This document shows positions 58,659 to 64,000 of a stretch of DNA of 64,000 bases, one piece after another. The stretch covers positions 416,001-480,000 of the forward strand of contig CAVVXN010000005.1 of the NCBI GenBank assembly GCA_963752285.1. Direction: 5' to 3'. A program made the translations under genes and the position numbers. Every line of letters starts with the position of its first letter. The stretch's first letter is position 1. Below the pieces are notes generated by a model, which had not been told where the DNA came from, did no database searches, and saw only the letters and a program-made list of their open reading frames with translations. This DNA comes from an uncultured Planctomycetota bacterium (GTDB taxonomy: Bacteria; Planctomycetota; PLA2; JAEUHO01).

Positions 58659-59243
58659 TCACGCGCCGGCGCCCGCCTCCCCGCTCCCCCCGAGCCCGAC
58701 GACCGGCGCGGGGACGCCCACGGCGCGGCGGCGGTCGATCTCGGCCACGATGCCGAGGTGGTGGCGCGTGTGCACGTGCGCGTACCGAACCCACTCCGTC
58801 GCGTCGAACGGGCCGAGCCGCGGATGGAGGATGCGCCCCTCGAGCGTCCCGAGCGCGCGCGCGCGCGGCCGCAGCTCCGCGTACGCGCGCTCGGACTGAC
58901 GCAACGCGTCGCGCAGCACCGCGCGGGGGGGGCGCGGTTCCGGGGCGAACGCCTCGGGCGTCTCCGCGCGTCCCCGGGGGATCCATCCCGTGACGAGCAC
59001 CATGCGCCCCGCGATGGAGGGGTGTCCCACACGAAGGATCGCCGGGTCGCGGCCCTCCTCGAGCATCGCGACGAAGTCCCGGACGCATTCGAGGGCCCGG
59101 GCCACGTGGCTCATGTGCTCGGCCGGAGACCAGGCGGACACCTCGTCCATGACGACGTGAAGGCGCTCATCGGGCCAGGCCACGACGCCGAGGGCGTCCG
59201 CGAGGTCCACCGCCAGCCGATCGATGTCCTTCTCGACGCTCAT
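58659..59243 (-). CDS. DinB family protein
   Basis: WSPAEH.SH, HP.LG and H.RHH His triad. Confidence 0.8.
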   Translation of the reverse strand: MSVEKDIDRLAVDLADALGVVAWPDERLHVVMDEVSAWSPAEHMSHVARALECVRDFVAMLEEGRDPAILRVGHPSIAGRMVLVTGWIPRGRAETPEAFAPEPRPPRAVLRDALRQSERAYAELRPRARALGTLEGRILHPRLGPFDATEWVRYAHVHTRHHLGIVAEIDRRRAVGVPAPVVGLGGSGEAGAGA

Positions 59244-60319
59244 CTTCCTTCGCCGGTACGCCTGTCTTCGGGCCTTCGCCACCCAGGATACGACAGGGCC
59301 TCGCGGGCCCGCCCGAGGGCTTCGTCGGCGCTCGTGGCGAGCTGTACGCCCGGCGCGTCGCGGGTCCACGTCGCGTGGAAGGCCGAGAGCTTCGAGGTCC
59401 GCCCGTCGAGGATCACGTGCGGTTGCCCCCGCAGGAGGCAGAAGAGGTGTCCGTGGAGGCGGTCGGTCACGACGACCCGGGCGCCGTCGAGGACGCGTTC
59501 GGCCGCGCGGACCCGTTCCCGCGCGACGGGTTCGTACGTGGCCTCGAGCCGCGCACGGAGCGCGCGCGGCGGGTCGAGGCGCCGGCGGAGGCGGCGCGAC
59601 CGCCGCGACAGACGGCGGTAGCCCGGCGTGCGCGTCGCGTCCGCCCAGTCGCGGACGACCACGTCCGCGGCGTCACGGGGTGGGAGGATGCGCGCTTCCG
59701 CGTCGTCGCGCGCGAGCCAGAGGATCCGGGCGGGCACGTCCAACGGGGCGGGTCGGAGGTCCAGGAACAGCGCGAGATCCGGGCAGAGCGGCGCGCCGAA
59801 GCCCAGGTCCTCGACGGCGGCTCGCCGGCTCGGCTCGTCGCGGACGAGGAGGCGCAGCGTCGGATGTCCCGAGACGACGGCCCGGGCCCGTGCGAGCGCC
59901 TCCTCGGTCTCGAAGTGGAGCGACTGCGGGAGCTGCACGAGCGGCCGGTCCCGCGTCGAGGCGAGCACGCGCTCGCGAAACGCCTCCCGCTCGGGCCACA
60001 CGTCTCCGAAGGAGCCGCCCCCGGCCAGCAGGACCGTGCCGTCCCTCCCGAGGGCGCGGGCGAGGTCGTCCTCGCGGTGGCACCGCGCCTCCGTGCGGTA
60101 GCTGGGGCTCGGGAGCCCGAGGGCCGCGAGCGCCCGGAGCGTACCGAGCCAGATCGCGGCGTCTCCGGGATTCGGGTACGCGGGGAAGTCCAGGAGCGCG
60201 GTCGCCGGCGGGCGCCCGAGCGTCTCCGAGAGGACGGCCAGGGCGTGGCGCCGCAGCGCGCCGACGATCGCGCGGTGGGAGCGGGCGGCCAGGCGCGCCG
60301 CGATCGCGATCCCCCTCAC
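59240..60319 (-). CDS. Polysaccharide pyruvyl transferase family protein
   Basis: N.GD.AIW, GGGSFGD.W, QLPQS, VRD..S, CPD.A and TDRLHG. Confidence 0.9.
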   Translation of the reverse strand: MRGIAIAARLAARSHRAIVGALRRHALAVLSETLGRPPATALLDFPAYPNPGDAAIWLGTLRALAALGLPSPSYRTEARCHREDDLARALGRDGTVLLAGGGSFGDVWPEREAFRERVLASTRDRPLVQLPQSLHFETEEALARARAVVSGHPTLRLLVRDEPSRRAAVEDLGFGAPLCPDLALFLDLRPAPLDVPARILWLARDDAEARILPPRDAADVVVRDWADATRTPGYRRLSRRSRRLRRRLDPPRALRARLEATYEPVARERVRAAERVLDGARVVVTDRLHGHLFCLLRGQPHVILDGRTSKLSAFHATWTRDAPGVQLATSADEALGRAREALSYPGWRRPEDRRTGEGR

Positions 60320-61284
60320 CGGCCGGCGCCCGCGGGAGGCCGCGCTCCGCGCCACGCGCACGCGATCCACCAGAGGAGCGGACGCGCGCGCCAGGGACGC
60401 GTGCGCCACCACGCGGCGAAGTACGGCCGCGCCCGCGACCACATGCCCTGGCGCCAGTAGAACTTCGCGAACCGCCGGAACACGTGGGAGGGGCGCCGGA
60501 TCGAGCGCCGCTCCGCGGCCGAGAGGGCCCACCAGTGGCGATCGTGGACCTCGATCCACCACTGGTCCATCTCCTCCTTCTGACGCGAGAGCCGCGGCGT
60601 GCCGCCCGCGAACTCGTCGTCCGCGTACACCACGAGCACCTCCGAGAGCAGCATGGCCCGACGTCCGGAGGCGAGGAACCGAAAGAGGAAGTCGGTGTCC
60701 TCCTGGTACGGGATGGTCGCGTCGAAGCGGAGCGCGCGGGCCGCGTCGATCCGCAGCATCCACGTGCTCGGGGCCGCCCACGCGCCGTCGAACATCGCCT
60801 CGAGGGACGTGGGGGGGAGGAAGCCCTTGTGCGCGTGCATCGTGCAGAGCACCTCACCGTCTTCGGTCTCGAAGCGCGCGTCGCAGATCGAGATCGCGGC
60901 GTCGGGACGCGCGTCGAGCCCCTCCGCCTGACGGGAGAGACGCCCGGGGAGGCAGGTGTCGTCGCTGTCGAGGAAGGCCACGTAGCGACCGCGGGCGCGC
61001 TCGATCCCGACGTTCCGCGCGCTCGAGCACCCGCCGTTCTCCTTCTCGACGAGCACGACCCGCGCGTCGCTTCCCCACCGCGCGCGGACGTGCTCGGCGG
61101 TGCCGTCCGTCGAGCCGTCGTCCACGACGATCAGCTCGATGCGGACGCCCTCCTGCGCGAGCACGCTCTCGATCGCGCGGTCCACCAGGGCTCGGCGCTG
61201 ATACGTCGGCAGGACGACCGTCACGTCGGGCCGGCGGTCGTGGCCCGCTTCGTGACCGTCGGGGGGCTCGGGAGGATCGGACAT
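60316..61284 (-). CDS. Glycosyltransferase family 2
   Basis: VVLPTY, VVDDGSTD, N.G.SSARN.G, FLDSDD and ED..F. Confidence 0.93.
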   Translation of the reverse strand: MSDPPEPPDGHEAGHDRRPDVTVVLPTYQRRALVDRAIESVLAQEGVRIELIVVDDGSTDGTAEHVRARWGSDARVVLVEKENGGCSSARNVGIERARGRYVAFLDSDDTCLPGRLSRQAEGLDARPDAAISICDARFETEDGEVLCTMHAHKGFLPPTSLEAMFDGAWAAPSTWMLRIDAARALRFDATIPYQEDTDFLFRFLASGRRAMLLSEVLVVYADDEFAGGTPRLSRQKEEMDQWWIEVHDRHWWALSAAERRSIRRPSHVFRRFAKFYWRQGMWSRARPYFAAWWRTRPWRARPLLWWIACAWRGARPPAGAGR

Positions 61285-61405
61285 CGGCGGACCTCGGCGG
61301 CGGGTCGCCAGCATACGCGCCCCGGGGCGCGCGCCGGCGCAATCCTCCGCGACCGGCAGCGCGGCCGGTAGCCTTCGCGTCTCCGACGGTCCCCGGGAGA
61401 AGCCC

Positions 61406-63034
61406 ATGTTCAACGCGTTCCCGCGACTCGATGCCCCCGCGAACGAACCCATCCGCGCCTACCGGCCCGGAGACGAGGCGACCCGCGCGCTGAAGGCACG
61501 CCTCGCCGAGATGGCGGGCGAGACGATCGAGGTCCCGCTGATCGTCGGCGGGCGCGAGGTGCGCACCGGGAACCTGGCCGAGCACCGCTGCCCCCACGAC
61601 CACGCGAACGTGCTCTGCCGGTACCACACGGCGACGCCGGAGGTCGTCAGGGACGCGGTCCGCGCGAGCCAGGAGGCGTGGAAGCAGTGGGCCGCACTCG
61701 GCGCGACCACGCGCCTCGCCGTGTTCCTCCGCGCGGCGGAGCTCCTGGCCGGCCCGTGGCGCGACACCCTGAACGCCGCCACGATGCTCGGGCAGTCGAA
61801 GACCTGCCACCAGGCGGAGATCGACTCGGCGTGCGAGCTGATCGACTTCTACCGGTACAACCCGTACTACGCGCTGCACCGCGTCTACTCCGAGCAGCCG
61901 AAGAGCCCGCAGGGCATCTGGGACTACGTCGAGTACCGCCCGCTCGAGGGGTTCGTCTTCGCGGTGACGCCCTTCAACTTCACGTCGATCGCCGGGAACC
62001 TCCCCACCGCGCCCGCCATGATGGGCAACGTCGTGCTGTGGAAGCCGGCGTCGTCCACCATCCTCTCGAACTACTACCTGATGCGGCTCTGGGAGGAGGC
62101 GGGCCTGCCGCCGGGCGTGATCAACTTCGTGCCCGGCCCCGGGGCGTCCGTCGGCGACCCCGTCCTCTCGGCTCCCGAGCTCGCCGGTATCCACTTCACC
62201 GGCTCGACCGCCGTGTTCCAACGCATGTGGCGCCAGATCGGCGAGCGCATCGCGACGTACCGCACCTACCCGCGGATCGTCGGCGAGACCGGGGGCAAGG
62301 ACTTCATCTTCGTCCACGCCTCCGCCGACGCGGAGGAGGTCGTGGCCAACGCGATCCGCGGCGCGTTCGAGTTCCAGGGCCAGAAGTGCTCCGCCGCGAG
62401 CCGGATGTACGTTCCGAAGAGCCGGTGGAAGGAGATCCGTGACCGTCTCGTCGCCGAGATCGCCGGGATCTCCATGGGCGACACGAGCGACTTCCACAAC
62501 TTCATGGGCGCCGTGATCGACGAGGGCGCATTCGACACGATCACGGGCTACATCGACGCCGCCCGGTCGTCTTCGAAGGCCCAGATCCTCTGCGGCGGCG
62601 GCTCGGACCGCACGACGGGCTGGTTCATCGAGCCCACGGTCATCGAGTGCGAGGACCCCCGGTTCAAGACGATGGCCGAGGAGATCTTCGGCCCCGTGCT
62701 CTCCGTGCACGTGTACGACGACGCGCGTCTCGAGGAGGCGCTCGACCTCTGCGACACGACCAGCCCCTACGCGCTGACGGGCGCGGTGTTCGCGAAGGAC
62801 CGCGCGGCCGTCGAGCGGATCGGCGCCCGCCTCCGCTACGCCGCCGGCAACTTCTACGTGAACGACAAGCCGACCGGCGCGGTGGTGGGCCAGCAGCCGT
62901 TCGGGGGCGCGCGCGCCTCGGGCACCAACGACAAGGCCGGCAGCCCGATGAACCTGCTCCGCTGGGTGAGCGCGCGGGCCGTGAAGGAGAACCTGCTCCC
63001 CGCGCGGGGCTGGCGCTACCCCTTCTTGGGGTAG
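61406..63034 (+). CDS. pruA: L-glutamate gamma-semialdehyde (P5C) dehydrogenase
   Basis: QAEIDSACEL.DF, PFNFTSI, FTGST, ETGGK, QGQKCSA, EEIFGP and QQPFGG.R.SGTNDK. Confidence 0.96.
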   Translation: MFNAFPRLDAPANEPIRAYRPGDEATRALKARLAEMAGETIEVPLIVGGREVRTGNLAEHRCPHDHANVLCRYHTATPEVVRDAVRASQEAWKQWAALGATTRLAVFLRAAELLAGPWRDTLNAATMLGQSKTCHQAEIDSACELIDFYRYNPYYALHRVYSEQPKSPQGIWDYVEYRPLEGFVFAVTPFNFTSIAGNLPTAPAMMGNVVLWKPASSTILSNYYLMRLWEEAGLPPGVINFVPGPGASVGDPVLSAPELAGIHFTGSTAVFQRMWRQIGERIATYRTYPRIVGETGGKDFIFVHASADAEEVVANAIRGAFEFQGQKCSAASRMYVPKSRWKEIRDRLVAEIAGISMGDTSDFHNFMGAVIDEGAFDTITGYIDAARSSSKAQILCGGGSDRTTGWFIEPTVIECEDPRFKTMAEEIFGPVLSVHVYDDARLEEALDLCDTTSPYALTGAVFAKDRAAVERIGARLRYAAGNFYVNDKPTGAVVGQQPFGGARASGTNDKAGSPMNLLRWVSARAVKENLLPARGWRYPFLG

Positions 63035-63277
63035 GGCCCGTCCGTGAATCCCTCTCGCTCTCGCATCCCGGCGTCCCGCCCGCTCCGACGGCCTCTCCGC
63101 CGCGGGTCCCTCCAGGGAGCGGGCGTTCCGCCTGCGGAGCCGCTCCCGCGTCGCCGCCGAATCTGATCCCGATCCGGGCGCGATCGGCCCGACGTGTTCC
63201 CGGCCCGGCCCCGGGCGGCACCCCGCCGCGCGGCCCGCCGGCACGCCCGCCGACCCCGGGGCGGGGCGTCGTGGGCG

Positions 63278-63781
63278 TCAGCCGGCCTTCGGCGGGGGCG
63301 GGAGGGTCGTGTCGCGCAGGGTGGCCTCCGCGCGGAGCGCCTTCACGCGCTCCTGGACCTCCGGCTTCGCCACGCCCAGGATCTGCGCGGCGAGGATCGC
63401 GGCATTCCGCGCGCCGGCCTTCCCGATCGCGAGCGTCCCGACCGGCACCCCGCCGGGCATCTGGGCGATCGAGAGGAGGGCGTCGAGGCCGTCCGTCGCC
63501 CAGCCCTTCATGGGGACGCCCAGGACGGGGCGGGCGGTCAGGCTCGCCACCACGCCCGGCAGGGCCGCGGCGCCCCCCGCGGCGGCGATGAATACGAGCG
63601 CGCCCCTCGACTCCACGTCGGCGACCCAGGCCTGGAGCACGTGGGGTTGGCGGTGGGCCGAGATGGCCCGCGCCTCGTGCGAAACGCCCAGCTTCTCGAG
63701 CTCCTGGCTCGTGTGGCGCATGGTGTCCCAGTCCGAGGGCGAGCCCATGACCACGGCGACGAGGGGCGGGGCGTCGTTCAT
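63278..63781 (-). CDS. purE: N5-CAIR mutase
   Basis: MGS.SD, SAHR, AGGAAALPG, PVLGVP and QMP.GVPV.T..IG; ATG 63781 with GGAGG RBS. Confidence 0.95.
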   Translation of the reverse strand: MNDAPPLVAVVMGSPSDWDTMRHTSQELEKLGVSHEARAISAHRQPHVLQAWVADVESRGALVFIAAAGGAAALPGVVASLTARPVLGVPMKGWATDGLDALLSIAQMPGGVPVGTLAIGKAGARNAAILAAQILGVAKPEVQERVKALRAEATLRDTTLPPPPKAG

Positions 63782-63867
63782 CGGGTCCTCCTCCGAGGGG
63801 GGATTCAACCATCCGCCGGGGCCGCGTGGGGGCCTCCCCGGCTCGGGGGGGCGTAGCATGCCGCGCC

Positions 63868-64000
63868 GTGCGACGCATCCGACTCACGCTGGCCCTGCTC
63901 CTTCTCCTCGGACTCGCCCCCGGCGCGGCCGCGGACGACGCCCCGCTCCACCTCGCTTTCGAGCGATACGTGCTGGACAACGGCCTGACCGTCATCCTGC
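63868..64000 (+). CDS. M16 (pitrilysin/insulinase) family peptidase, N-terminal fragment
   Basis: Signal peptide then FERYVLDNGLTVIL, the typical M16 start; truncated by the window end. Confidence 0.7.
   Translation, partial: MRRIRLTLALLLLLGLAPGAAADDAPLHLAFERYVLDNGLTVIL

Overview
A 64-kb stretch of very GC-rich bacterial chromosome from a diderm organism (lpxB and lpxD present). It is probably an uncultured Planctomycetota lineage; this is inferred from the prenyltransferase-repeat lipoprotein, the carboxypeptidase-regulatory-repeat surface proteins, a Zn-ribbon membrane protein and a planctomycete-kinase-like N-terminus. The window is densely coding. Most long Arg/Ala/Pro-rich ORFs in the supplied track are shadow frames, and several real genes start well downstream of the track starts. 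Housekeeping genes: lpxD (partial), lpxB, a divergent uvrA, uvrB, mpg, proS, lipB-nadA, argG, tRNA-Arg(ACG), feoA-feoA-feoB with a Fur-like box, sdhCAB, a thiolase, pruA, purE and an M16 peptidase (partial). There is also a GntR/ABC operon and envelope-modification genes (MBOAT, methyltransferase, GT2, pyruvyl transferase). I found no transposase, integrase, prophage or CRISPR array. The most unusual signals are: (1) an unannotated small lipoprotein ORF with an in-frame TGA followed by a SECIS-like hairpin, a candidate selenoprotein; (2) a single-chain ThiF-TusA-inactive ThiF protein resembling eukaryotic E1 active/inactive adenylation domains; (3) a DUF1611-like gene translationally coupled to argG, a candidate alternative N-acetylglutamate synthase; (4) a giant TPR protein that looks like a Ser/Thr kinase lacking its kinase domain; (5) an atypical Cys-rich transketolase paired with an aminotransferase. 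All functional assignments come from motif reading only, without database searches.
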